Source of the DNA: Geobacter sp.
GTDB taxonomy: Bacteria; Myxococcota_A; UBA9160; JADFDR01
NCBI GenBank assembly: GCA_018262735.1
Contig: JADFDR010000001.1
Coordinates: forward strand, 1-42,935
DNA length: 42,935 nucleotides
Reading direction: 5' to 3'
Every line of letters starts with the position of its first letter. Position 1 is the first letter of the stretch. Below the pieces are notes generated by a model. It searched no databases. It was not told where the DNA came from and saw only the letters and a program-made list of their open reading frames with translations. This document shows, one piece after another, positions 1 to 8,375 of the stretch. Position numbers and translations under genes: made by a program.

Positions 1-129
1 CATCTGGTGCTGCGTCAACCAGACCGTCTCGCGCTCCAGCCGCACGTCCACCCGTACTTCACCGTCGGACGCCTCGTAAACGACGACCTCTCCGCCCGGC
101 AACTCCATCATCCGTCCATTCTTTGACAT
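1..129 (-). CDS. RhuM-family protein, N-terminal 43 codons only (gene runs off the left edge)
   Basis: My own reverse-strand translation from the ATG (complement of 127-129) gives MSKNGRMMELPGGEVVVYEASDGEVRVDVRLERETVWLTQHQM. The '..VYxxxDGxxxVxVRLExETVWLTQxQM' N-terminus is what I recall for RhuM-family proteins, which often neighbour R-M systems. It is absent from the ORF track because it is short and truncated. Confidence 0.55.
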   Translation of the reverse strand, partial: MSKNGRMMELPGGEVVVYEASDGEVRVDVRLERETVWLTQHQM

Positions 130-134
130 TTCGA

Positions 135-341
135 TTAGCGCGTGACTCGCACTGCGGTTCCCGCTTCGATCAGCGGCTCTTGGAGATCAACGGTAACGTC
201 CGATAGGTCGATGCACTGGGGCGACACATGAAAGTTTAAAACCTGTTCCATTTCATCTCCGATTTCATCCGCCTTGGTAAATGCCTCGATGAGATCATCA
301 CTCCATCCAAGCTGCCGTAGGACTTTTTGAGTTTCATTCAT
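135..341 (-). CDS. hypothetical small acidic protein (68 aa)
   Basis: Internal Met of ORF 135..440: MNETQKVLRQLGWSDDLIEAFTKADEIGDEMEQ..., strongly D/E-rich. A GAGGGGGAAG Shine-Dalgarno lies just upstream. Its ATG overlaps the stop of the upstream 220-aa ORF (ATGA at 338-341). Its stop is 5 nt before the RhuM-like start. I recognise no family. Confidence 0.5.
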   Translation of the reverse strand: MNETQKVLRQLGWSDDLIEAFTKADEIGDEMEQVLNFHVSPQCIDLSDVTVDLQEPLIEAGTAVRVTR

Positions 342-1000
342 CGGCTTCCCCCTCGTTGAATTCTGAAGAGCGCGTAGTTTGAAGAAATAAATACTTTGAA
401 AATCGGAGTGTTCTCGAATGCCCAATAGAACAATGCCCAAAGTCTCCGGATAGCGCGATCCAATTCCGAAATTCGCTCGGGGCGATCAATCTTGATTCGA
501 AGTTCTTGCTTCGCAACCTCTCGCGAAATGCCATGGCTATGGGTTTCCCAAACGTCATGGGAACATAGCGTCGTTGCAGCTTCGCGCGCACGCTTGCGCC
601 GCTCATCCGGCGTCACAAAAGTTCCGTCGCTGTGAACCGTCCAATCTCGAAACTTGTAACTCTCTAAGTAAGTCGTGGCGAGCAAAATTGAATACTCGCT
701 CAATGTAAGTACGTTACCCAGCTCTTTGGGGTCGATGCTGCGCAAAATTTGTATATCGGTCCATGCAGGGCTTTGTCCCGCTTTGAGCAACTTCTCGCCT
801 CGCTGCCGAATGGTCTCTACACCGGCGATGGCTTTTTGAATTTCATCGCGAAGATTCAGCGGACTCCCTGGAGTGATATCAACCAGGCTTGCGTATTCGC
901 GCTCATCTTCCATCGCATCGAGCAGCGACTTAACGGTTTTCTTTCCTGCTCGCGACGGTGCAGCATGTTTGCTTCGTTTCTTCGATGATCCTCGAGACAT
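338..1000 (-). CDS. hypothetical protein (220 aa) with a K/R-rich N-terminus and an Rx4H motif
   Basis: ORF 338..1069. I place the start at the ATG at 1000 because AAGGAGAAGA lies immediately upstream. The N-terminus is MSRGSSKKRSKHAAPSRAGKK. RDWTVH is encoded at 632-649. The C-terminal stretch W-x-TH-x3-I-x2-E-x-AK-x2-L loosely resembles the C-terminal region of SDH/S49-type peptidases as I remember it. I see no catalytic N-terminal half, so no family is assigned. Confidence 0.5.
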   Translation of the reverse strand: MSRGSSKKRSKHAAPSRAGKKTVKSLLDAMEDEREYASLVDITPGSPLNLRDEIQKAIAGVETIRQRGEKLLKAGQSPAWTDIQILRSIDPKELGNVLTLSEYSILLATTYLESYKFRDWTVHSDGTFVTPDERRKRAREAATTLCSHDVWETHSHGISREVAKQELRIKIDRPERISELDRAIRRLWALFYWAFENTPIFKVFISSNYALFRIQRGGSR

Positions 1001-1556
1001 TCTTCTCCTTGAGCGCTTCCGTCTGCGACGCCCATCATTCATTCCCCCACAATCAATGCCCCGCATCAAAAAGGCGTAGCAGACCGTATTGTGTGTCAGC
1101 GCGAGATTGTGAAAGAGTTTCGTGTCGGGAAACTATTGTACTTCCGACGCCATGGCCAGTGATGAAAACCCCTCACCAATGTCTGCCGTCATCTTGATAA
1201 CTCAAAAGTGTTACGCATCGAACAGCGCCGATCGCTGGGAGCATTGAAATTCGCAACGTGGGCCTGTCGGATTTTACGGCGTGTGTCGCAAAGAGAGACA
1301 TAGCCGCTGCTTGCGCCGAGCGGGCTCCATGCGAGCGAAGAATTCCGCGTCGAAAAACTCCGCAATTCTTTTCATGTCCCTTTTTCAGGCAGATGGATTT
1401 TGGCGCTCAAAAACAACCCATCACACCCCGCGCAAACTCGTAAAGCCGACGGAGGCGCTGCCGTAGAAGAAGCGAAGGTGCCGCCGCGCAAGCAGGCGAA
1501 AGCACACGAAAAAATCTCTGTAAGTCGGAAAACAGAACAGGTAGGATGACCGCGCC

Positions 1557-4500
1557 GTGACCGAACTCGAATCTCTTCTGAATCAATATCGTGCCCTGTC
1601 GCAAAGCGAACGCGAAAAGGGCACCTATTTCGAATTGCTCATCCGAAGCTACCTCCAAAACGAGGCGAGCTATCGGGATTTATACAGCGACGTTTGGATG
1701 TACGGCGACTGGGCCAAGCTCCAAGGGCTGCCCGCGCGAGACACCGGCATCGACTTGGTGGCCAAAACGCACACCGGCGACTATCACGCAGTTCAGTGTA
1801 AGCTCTATGCCGCCGACTACACCCTGCAAAAAAGCGACATCGACAGTTTCTTCACCGCCTCCGGAAAAAAAATCTTCCGCCACCGCATCATCGTCAGCAC
1901 CACCAATCTTTGGAGCCCGCACGCGCTCGATGCGCTCGAAGATCAGCAACCGCCCGTCACCAAGATCGACTTGCAAGCGCTCGAAGAAAGCCAGATCGAC
2001 TGGAGCCACTATCAGCCCTCGAAGGCCGTTGCGCTCAAACCCAAAAAGACGCTGCGGCCCCATCAAGAAAAGGCGCTGCGCGATGTCACGCACGGGCTCA
2101 AGAAAGCCGATCGCGGCAAGCTCATCATGGCGTGCGGCACCGGCAAGACTTTCACCGCGCTCAAGATCGCCGAAGAAATCGCCGGCAAAAACGGCCGCGT
2201 GCTGTTTCTCGTGCCAAGCCTTGCGCTCCTTTCGCAAACGCTCACCGAGTGGACACAAGAAAGTGCCATTCCCTTGCACAGCTTTGCGGTTTGTTCCGAT
2301 AGCGACGTCGGCAAGAAGGGCAAAAGAGACAAGCACGACGAAGACGCAGTGTCCATACTCACGCACGAGCTGCGCTACCCCGCCACCACCGACGCCAAAT
2401 CGCTCGCGCGCGAAATGCAAGCCCGGCACGACAAAACACATATGAGTGTCGTCTTCTCGACCTATCACTCGATCGACGTCATCGCGCAGGCGCAAAAGAA
2501 GCACGAACTCGACGACTTCGATCTGATCATCTGCGACGAAGCGCACCGCACCACCGGCGTCACCTTCGCAAACGAAGACGAAAGCAACTTCGTCAAAGTC
2601 CACGACGCCAAGTTTTTGCGCGCCAAAAAGCGGCTCTACATGACGGCCACACCGCGCATCTACACCGACAACGCCAAAGCCATCGCCGAGCGCGACAACT
2701 TCACGCTCTGTTCCATGGACGACGAATCGCTCTACGGCGAACTTTTGCACGTGCTCTCGTTCTCGGAATCCGTGCAGCAAGGTTTGCTCGTCGATTACAA
2801 AGTCGTGGTGCTCTCGGTGGAAGAAGCCCACGTAAGCCGCCGCTTGCAAAAGCTCCTGGCCGACGAAAACAATCAACTCAAGGTCGACGACGCCGCGAAG
2901 ATCGTTGGTTGCTGGAAGGCGCTCGCCAAACAAGGACTCACCGAAGACTTAACGGGCGACACCGAACCGATGCACCGCGCCGTCGCGTTTTGCCAAGTGA
3001 TCGACCCGAGCACCAAGGCCAAGGTGCACAAAGTCAGCTCCCGGAACATCGCCTCGATGTTTCAAGCCGTGGTCGAGGCCTATCAAGCGCAAGAAAACAG
3101 CGAAACCGCCGCGAGGCTGCGCTGCGAAGCCGCACACGTCGACGGCACGATGAACGCAAGCGAGAAGGACGAAAAACTCCAGTGGCTCAAAGCCGACACC
3201 GACGAAACCACCTGCCGCATCTTGAGCAATGTGCGCTGCCTTTCCGAAGGCGTGGACGTGCCCGCACTCGACGCCGTGCTCTTCTTGACGCCGCGCAACT
3301 CGCAAGTGGACGTGGTGCAATCGGTCGGCCGCGTCATGCGCAACTCGCCCGGCAAAAAACGCGGCTACGTGATCTTGCCCGTCGTGATCCCCGCTGGTGT
3401 CGAGCCGCACAAAGCGCTCGACGACAACGCCACCTACGCCGTAGTGTGGCAGGTCTTGCAAGCGCTTCGCTCCCACGACGATCGCTTCGACGCCATGATC
3501 AACAAGATGGATCTCGATCTCAACCGGGGCATGCTGTCGAAGATGGAAGTCGTCGCCATCACCGACAAGATCGCGCCCCGAAGCAAACGCTCCGACGGTG
3601 CGAGCCTAAGCGGCGCGGCGCGCGGCAGCGCACTCCTCGGCGAGCCGCAAATGCAACATCCCGAGCCCAAGCAAACGCCGCTGCGCTTCGAGATCGGCGA
3701 GATCGAACGCGCGATCTACGCGAAGGTCGTGCAGAAGTGCGGCAACCGGCATCACTGGGAAGACTGGGCGAACGACATCGCCAAGATCGCGCGCACGCAC
3801 ATCGACCGCATCACCGGCATCCTCGAAAAGCCGTCCAACACCAAAGAGCGTAAAGCCTTCGCGAGCTTTGCCGAAGAGCTTCGCGACGATCTCAACGACA
3901 GCATCAGCGACGCAGAAGTCATCGAAATGCTCGCGCAGCACCTCATCACCAAGCCGGTCTTCGACGCGCTGTTTGAGGATTACAGCTTTGCAAGCCACAA
4001 CCCCATCTCGAAGTCGATGCAAGCCGTGCTCGACGCGCTCCACGAACACCACCTCGACAAAGAAGCCGACACGCTCGAAAAATTCTATGCCAGCGTAAAG
4101 CAACGCGCCGAAGGCATCGAAGGCGCGGCGGGCAAACAGAAAATCGTGATCGAGCTTTACGACAAGTTCTTCCGCAACGCCTTCCCGAAGATGACCGAAC
4201 GACTCGGGATTGTGTACACACCCGTCGAAGTCGTGGATTTCATCCTGCACAGCGTGAACCATCTACTAAAGCAAGAATTTGATCTCACGCTCGGCAGCAA
4301 GGGCGTCCACATCCTCGATCCCTTCACCGGCACGGGCACCTTCATCACGCGGCTCTTGCAGAGCGGCCTCATTCAAGCCAAGGAACTGCCGCAGAAATAC
4401 CGGCACGAAATTCACGCCAACGAAATCGTGCTGCTCGCCTATTACATCGCGGCCATCAACATCGAAGCGGTGTATCACAGCGTCGTCGGTGGCGAATACG

Positions 4501-6485
4501 TTCCCTTCGAAGGCATCTGCCTCACCGATACGTTTCAGCTTTACGAGAAAGAAGATCTCATCAGCGAGCTTCTCGTCGACAACAGCGCGCGCCGCACGCG
4601 CCAAAAGAAACTCGATATTCGCGTGATCCTCGGCAACCCGCCGTATTCCGTCGGACAAACAAGCGCGAACGACAACAATCAGAATGTGGCTTATCCGCAG
4701 CTCGATGAGCGCATTCGCTCGACATATGCCGAGCGATCTACGGCGACACTGAAGAATGCACTTTATGACAGCTACATCCGCGCCATTCGCTGGGCAAGCG
4801 ATCGCATCGGCAAGAGCGGAATCGTGGGTTTCGTGACCAACGCCGGCTTCATCGAGGCCAACACCGCCGACGGTCTGCGCAAATGCCTCGCGGAAGAGTT
4901 TTCCAACATTTATTTGTTTCACCTCCGTGGCAACCAACGCACCAGTGGCGAAACCTCGCGCAAAGAAGGTGGAAAAATTTTTGGCGGTGGCAGTCGCGCG
5001 CCGATCGTCCTTTCGTTCTTGGTCAAAAATCCCGAAGCCAAAGAACACGGCCAGATCTTTTTCCACGACATCGGCGATTATCTAAACCGCGAAGAGAAGC
5101 TCGCCAAAATTGCCGAGTTCCAAAGCGTGGCAGGAATCACCGCCGCAAAAGGCTGGAAGCAGATCACGCCCGACGCGCACGGCGACTGGCTCAAGCAACG
5201 CGACGACAGCTTCGGAAAGTTCATCGTTCTCGGCGACAAAGAAGGCGTCGAAGCGAAAAAACTTTTTGAGAATTATTCGTGCGGTGTCAAAACCAATCGC
5301 GACGCTTGGTGTTACAACGCTTCTCGCTCCGAAGTCGCCGCGAACATGGAGCGAATGATCGGCTTCTACAACCGCGAAGTGTCGCGCTTCACCAAAGCAC
5401 ACGCTGGCCTCGACAAGAAGAAGCTCGAAGCCAAAGTGAACGACTTCATTAATACCGATCCGACAAAAATAAGTTGGGATCATGCACAAAGAATTGGTGT
5501 TGTTGCAAACCGCAAAGAGTCTTTTCGCAACGATGCAATTCTGCCGAGCCTCTACCGGCCCTACACGAAACAATGGTTGTACTATGATCGATATTTTAAT
5601 AACCGTGTCTACCAGATGCCTCGCATTTTCCCCGATGCCGAAGCCGAAAATCTGGTGATTCAAATCAATGCAAAGTATTCAGGACACGGGCAAATTGCCC
5701 TAATTAGCGATGCGCTTCCAGATCTTCATTGCGACGGCGATTCTCAATGTTTCCCGCTCTACCTCTACGACGAACCGGAAGAAACCGAAGACTCGCAATC
5801 CTCCCTCTTCGCGAAGTCGAAGAAGAACGGTCGCACGCGCCGCGATGCCATCACCAAAGAAGGCCATGAACACTTTCGCGTGTCTTACCCCGGCGAAAAA
5901 ATCAACAAAGAAGACATCTTCTATTACATCTACAGCTTGCTCCACTCGCCCGACTACCGCGAACGCTACGCCGACAATCTCAGCAAAGAGCTGCCGCGCA
6001 TTCCGTGCGTGAAAAAGGCCAGTGATTTCTGGGCCTTCAGCCAAGCCGGCCGCGCCCTCGCAAAGCTCCACCTCGGCTACGAAACCGCAAAGCTCTATCC
6101 GCTCAAGATCGAAGCCAGCACGCGCGGCAGAGTCTCGCAAGCAGATGCCTACCGTGTCGAAAAAATGCGTTACGCAAAAAAGAAAGTGAACGGAAAATCC
6201 GTCGACGACAAAACCACCCTCATCTACAACGAGCACTTCACGCTCACGAACATCCCGCTCGAAGCCTACGACTACGTCGTCAACGGCAAACCCGCCCTCG
6301 ACTGGATCGTCGAGCGCCAAGGCGTCAGCACCCACAAAGACAGCGGCATCACAAACGACGCCAACGCCTACGCCACCGAAACCCTCAAAAACCCCAAATA
6401 CCCCCTCGAACTCTTCCAACGCCTAATCACCGTCAGCCTAGAAACCACAAAAATCATCCAAACCCTCCCCGCGTTGGATATCTGA
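1557..6485 (+). CDS. Type ISP restriction-modification enzyme (single polypeptide: Mrr-like PD-(D/E)xK nuclease + SF2 helicase-like ATPase + gamma-class N6-adenine DNA methyltransferase + C-terminal target-recognition domain)
   Basis: 1,642-aa ORF with a GTG start. Nuclease motif: TGIDLVAK...AVQCK. Walker A: ACGTGKTF. DEAH box: ICDEAHRTTG. Also MTATPR, and helicase-C elements LSEGVDVPALDAV and QSVGRVMR. MTase motif I is DPFTGTGTF and motif IV is GNPPYS. The C-terminal signatures WCYN, RPYTKQWLYYD, QCFPLYLYD and IFYYIYSLLHSPDYRERYADNLSKELPRIP match Type ISP enzymes (LlaGI/LlaBIII-like). Confidence 0.9.
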   Translation: MTELESLLNQYRALSQSEREKGTYFELLIRSYLQNEASYRDLYSDVWMYGDWAKLQGLPARDTGIDLVAKTHTGDYHAVQCKLYAADYTLQKSDIDSFFTASGKKIFRHRIIVSTTNLWSPHALDALEDQQPPVTKIDLQALEESQIDWSHYQPSKAVALKPKKTLRPHQEKALRDVTHGLKKADRGKLIMACGTGKTFTALKIAEEIAGKNGRVLFLVPSLALLSQTLTEWTQESAIPLHSFAVCSDSDVGKKGKRDKHDEDAVSILTHELRYPATTDAKSLAREMQARHDKTHMSVVFSTYHSIDVIAQAQKKHELDDFDLIICDEAHRTTGVTFANEDESNFVKVHDAKFLRAKKRLYMTATPRIYTDNAKAIAERDNFTLCSMDDESLYGELLHVLSFSESVQQGLLVDYKVVVLSVEEAHVSRRLQKLLADENNQLKVDDAAKIVGCWKALAKQGLTEDLTGDTEPMHRAVAFCQVIDPSTKAKVHKVSSRNIASMFQAVVEAYQAQENSETAARLRCEAAHVDGTMNASEKDEKLQWLKADTDETTCRILSNVRCLSEGVDVPALDAVLFLTPRNSQVDVVQSVGRVMRNSPGKKRGYVILPVVIPAGVEPHKALDDNATYAVVWQVLQALRSHDDRFDAMINKMDLDLNRGMLSKMEVVAITDKIAPRSKRSDGASLSGAARGSALLGEPQMQHPEPKQTPLRFEIGEIERAIYAKVVQKCGNRHHWEDWANDIAKIARTHIDRITGILEKPSNTKERKAFASFAEELRDDLNDSISDAEVIEMLAQHLITKPVFDALFEDYSFASHNPISKSMQAVLDALHEHHLDKEADTLEKFYASVKQRAEGIEGAAGKQKIVIELYDKFFRNAFPKMTERLGIVYTPVEVVDFILHSVNHLLKQEFDLTLGSKGVHILDPFTGTGTFITRLLQSGLIQAKELPQKYRHEIHANEIVLLAYYIAAINIEAVYHSVVGGEYVPFEGICLTDTFQLYEKEDLISELLVDNSARRTRQKKLDIRVILGNPPYSVGQTSANDNNQNVAYPQLDERIRSTYAERSTATLKNALYDSYIRAIRWASDRIGKSGIVGFVTNAGFIEANTADGLRKCLAEEFSNIYLFHLRGNQRTSGETSRKEGGKIFGGGSRAPIVLSFLVKNPEAKEHGQIFFHDIGDYLNREEKLAKIAEFQSVAGITAAKGWKQITPDAHGDWLKQRDDSFGKFIVLGDKEGVEAKKLFENYSCGVKTNRDAWCYNASRSEVAANMERMIGFYNREVSRFTKAHAGLDKKKLEAKVNDFINTDPTKISWDHAQRIGVVANRKESFRNDAILPSLYRPYTKQWLYYDRYFNNRVYQMPRIFPDAEAENLVIQINAKYSGHGQIALISDALPDLHCDGDSQCFPLYLYDEPEETEDSQSSLFAKSKKNGRTRRDAITKEGHEHFRVSYPGEKINKEDIFYYIYSLLHSPDYRERYADNLSKELPRIPCVKKASDFWAFSQAGRALAKLHLGYETAKLYPLKIEASTRGRVSQADAYRVEKMRYAKKKVNGKSVDDKTTLIYNEHFTLTNIPLEAYDYVVNGKPALDWIVERQGVSTHKDSGITNDANAYATETLKNPKYPLELFQRLITVSLETTKIIQTLPALDI

Positions 6486-6591
6486 TTTTGCCGCCCCGGT
6501 ATTGACTGAAGCATGTCTGGCACCCTGGAAGCATTGCTTGTATGACCATGAATTGTTTAACATTTAATTGCGTAGATATAGAGTATTCGTT

Positions 6592-7392
6592 ATGGGCGTT
6601 GACCAATCGCTTACCGCGTTGCTTACTAGCGCAGCATCTTTTGCAGCCGCGATAGCGGCGCTATGGACGGTGCGACAAATGTCAAAGCAGCATGCTGCCT
6701 CCTATCGTCCAGAGCTGGTAATGCGCCGATCAACCGTGTATGGGGGGCCTCTATCAGTTTTACCTTCTTCACTACCGATGGAATGGAAGGACGTACCCAG
6801 CGATGCAACAAACAGTCATGCTGACCAGAAGGCAACGTTGCAACTCATCAATATCGGCCTTGGGGTCGCAAAAAATCTAACTGTCTGCTGGTCGTTTGAC
6901 TTAGATCGTGCCGTAGAACAGATCAACTCCCTCGCGCACAAACGATCTTTCCAGACAAAAATTTTTATCAATGAGCAGCAAAGACTTGAATTTGTTTCTT
7001 CTGAATTTGGAAACCAGGCAATTCTACGCCTACACACAGAAAAGGAAGAATTCGAATACCTGATACCTTTCCATGAGCAACGCGAACCACTTCTCTTACA
7101 TTTCCCCCACGACTACCAGCTTGTTGTTTCGACTCTTGTTGCGCTTTGTATGAAAGACATTGCGCTATCAGGCCCACACTATTCCTTCACACCACCGCCT
7201 CTGACCGCAACCGTCTCCTATCACGATCTTGGAAACAAAAAACACACTCAGGTCTTTCCGCTGCAACCGAATATACCTCAGTGCAGCGGAGGACCTCCCT
7301 TTCACTTTATTTTGGAAACACTCGTCGGCAAATCTCTTGTGAAGTCCCAGAGATGTAAACATTGCTTTACTCGGTCGCGCAAAAAACAATAA
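6592..7392 (+). CDS. hypothetical membrane-anchored protein (266 aa), orphan
   Basis: ORF 6568..7392; I prefer the ATG at 6592. It has one N-terminal hydrophobic helix (LTALLTSAASFAAAIAALWTV). The body is beta-rich in appearance (LQLINIGLGVAKNLTVCWSF). The gene is visibly AT-richer than its neighbours. I see no clear Shine-Dalgarno and recognise no family. Confidence 0.5.
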   Translation: MGVDQSLTALLTSAASFAAAIAALWTVRQMSKQHAASYRPELVMRRSTVYGGPLSVLPSSLPMEWKDVPSDATNSHADQKATLQLINIGLGVAKNLTVCWSFDLDRAVEQINSLAHKRSFQTKIFINEQQRLEFVSSEFGNQAILRLHTEKEEFEYLIPFHEQREPLLLHFPHDYQLVVSTLVALCMKDIALSGPHYSFTPPPLTATVSYHDLGNKKHTQVFPLQPNIPQCSGGPPFHFILETLVGKSLVKSQRCKHCFTRSRKKQ

Positions 7393-7493
7393 CAATGTTC
7401 AAACCCTTGGATCACAGCTCATCAAAACATCTTTTAGAATCAACGCAATATTGTGATTTTTTCGCAACCACACCGAAGAGGGACAACAGCACC

Positions 7494-8291
7494 ATGAAAT
7501 TCGTTTTGAGCATTGCGGGGTCGGATCCGACGGGTGGGGCGGGGTTGCAGCTCGATCTGCAGGTTTTGCAGGCGCTCGGTGTGCGCGGCGGGGCGGTGGT
7601 GACGGCGATTACGCAGCAGGATACGGCGAAGGTGCATCAGGTGTTGCCGATTTTTCCGTCGGTGGTGCTCGACCAGTTGCGCGTGCTGCTGCGCGACATC
7701 ACGCCGGATGCGATCAAGATCGGCATGCTCGCGAGCGACGATGTGGCGCGCGATGTGCTGCTCGCGCTCTCGCAATTTGAGGCGCTCAAGAAGCCGCGGC
7801 CACCGACGGTGCTCGATCCGGTGCTTGCGGCGAGCGACGGCACGCCGCTGCTCGAACGCCGCGCCTGGGGCACGCTGATCGAGTTCTTCCCGCACGTCAT
7901 GCTCGTGACACCGAATCTTGTCGAGGCCGAGCGCCTCAGCGGGCTTGATATGTCGAGCGCCGCAAACATCGAACGCGCGGCGGCGTATTTTCTTGACGAG
8001 TTGCGCGCGCAGGCGGTGCTGATCAAAGGCGGCCACGCCGCGGACGGCGCGCGCGATCTGCTCGCGCAAAAGACGGATGACGCAATTCAGTTTCGCTGGT
8101 TCGAAGCCGAGCGCCTGGATTGCGGCCCGGTGCGCGGCACGGGCTGCGCGCTTTCGTCGGCCATCGCCGCGCGGCTCGCCCAAGGCGACCGCCTCGAAGC
8201 CGCCATCGAGCGCGCCAAAGCCTTCGTCACGCAAGCGATGCAGCGCGCCGCAAGCGTCGGCTCCGGCGCCAAATTGCTCGGGTTACACTAG
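7494..8291 (+). CDS. thiD: hydroxymethylpyrimidine/phosphomethylpyrimidine kinase
   Basis: MKFVLSIAGSDPTGGAGLQLDLQV..., IKIGML, VLDPVL, LVTPNLVEAE, LIKGGH and RGTGCALSSAIAA are classic ThiD motifs. The ATG at 7494 is preceded by GAAGAGGGA. Confidence 0.9.
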   Translation: MKFVLSIAGSDPTGGAGLQLDLQVLQALGVRGGAVVTAITQQDTAKVHQVLPIFPSVVLDQLRVLLRDITPDAIKIGMLASDDVARDVLLALSQFEALKKPRPPTVLDPVLAASDGTPLLERRAWGTLIEFFPHVMLVTPNLVEAERLSGLDMSSAANIERAAAYFLDELRAQAVLIKGGHAADGARDLLAQKTDDAIQFRWFEAERLDCGPVRGTGCALSSAIAARLAQGDRLEAAIERAKAFVTQAMQRAASVGSGAKLLGLH

Positions 8292-8375
8292 CGAGTTTCG
8301 AAAAGCACACGCCTCGTTCGGCTTCCTGTTCAAAAGCAGCAGCGCAGCGCATGCAGTTTTGTGTCGCTGCGTGCG

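Noticed and set aside
338-1069. Longest-ORF starts for several genes: 1069 for the 220-aa ORF, 19750 for nhaA, 39152 for pgpA, 10208 for mpl, 11257 for the hydrolase, 7362 for thiD, 26905 for the 62-aa ORF
   Set aside because: The N-terminal extensions overlap neighbouring genes or promoters, lack a Shine-Dalgarno, and add Arg-rich non-conserved sequence ahead of the recognisable conserved N-termini. Internal starts with a Shine-Dalgarno or ATGA coupling were preferred.
1310-1420. Possible fifth, inverted and degenerate copy of the MITE/REP-like element in the divergent region upstream of the Type ISP gene
   Set aside because: ctttttcaggcagatggattttggcgctc resembles the reverse complement of copy 2 (ctttttgaagccagatggatgctttccgtc). 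However, the terminal repeats and the CCGACGG core are not recognisable. The match is too weak to call without a profile search.
7393-7493. Possible TPP riboswitch upstream of thiD
   Set aside because: I could not find the conserved CTGAGA / ACCTGATCTGGATAATGCCAGCG-type elements in the 100-nt leader. The region is simply AT-rich island-boundary sequence.
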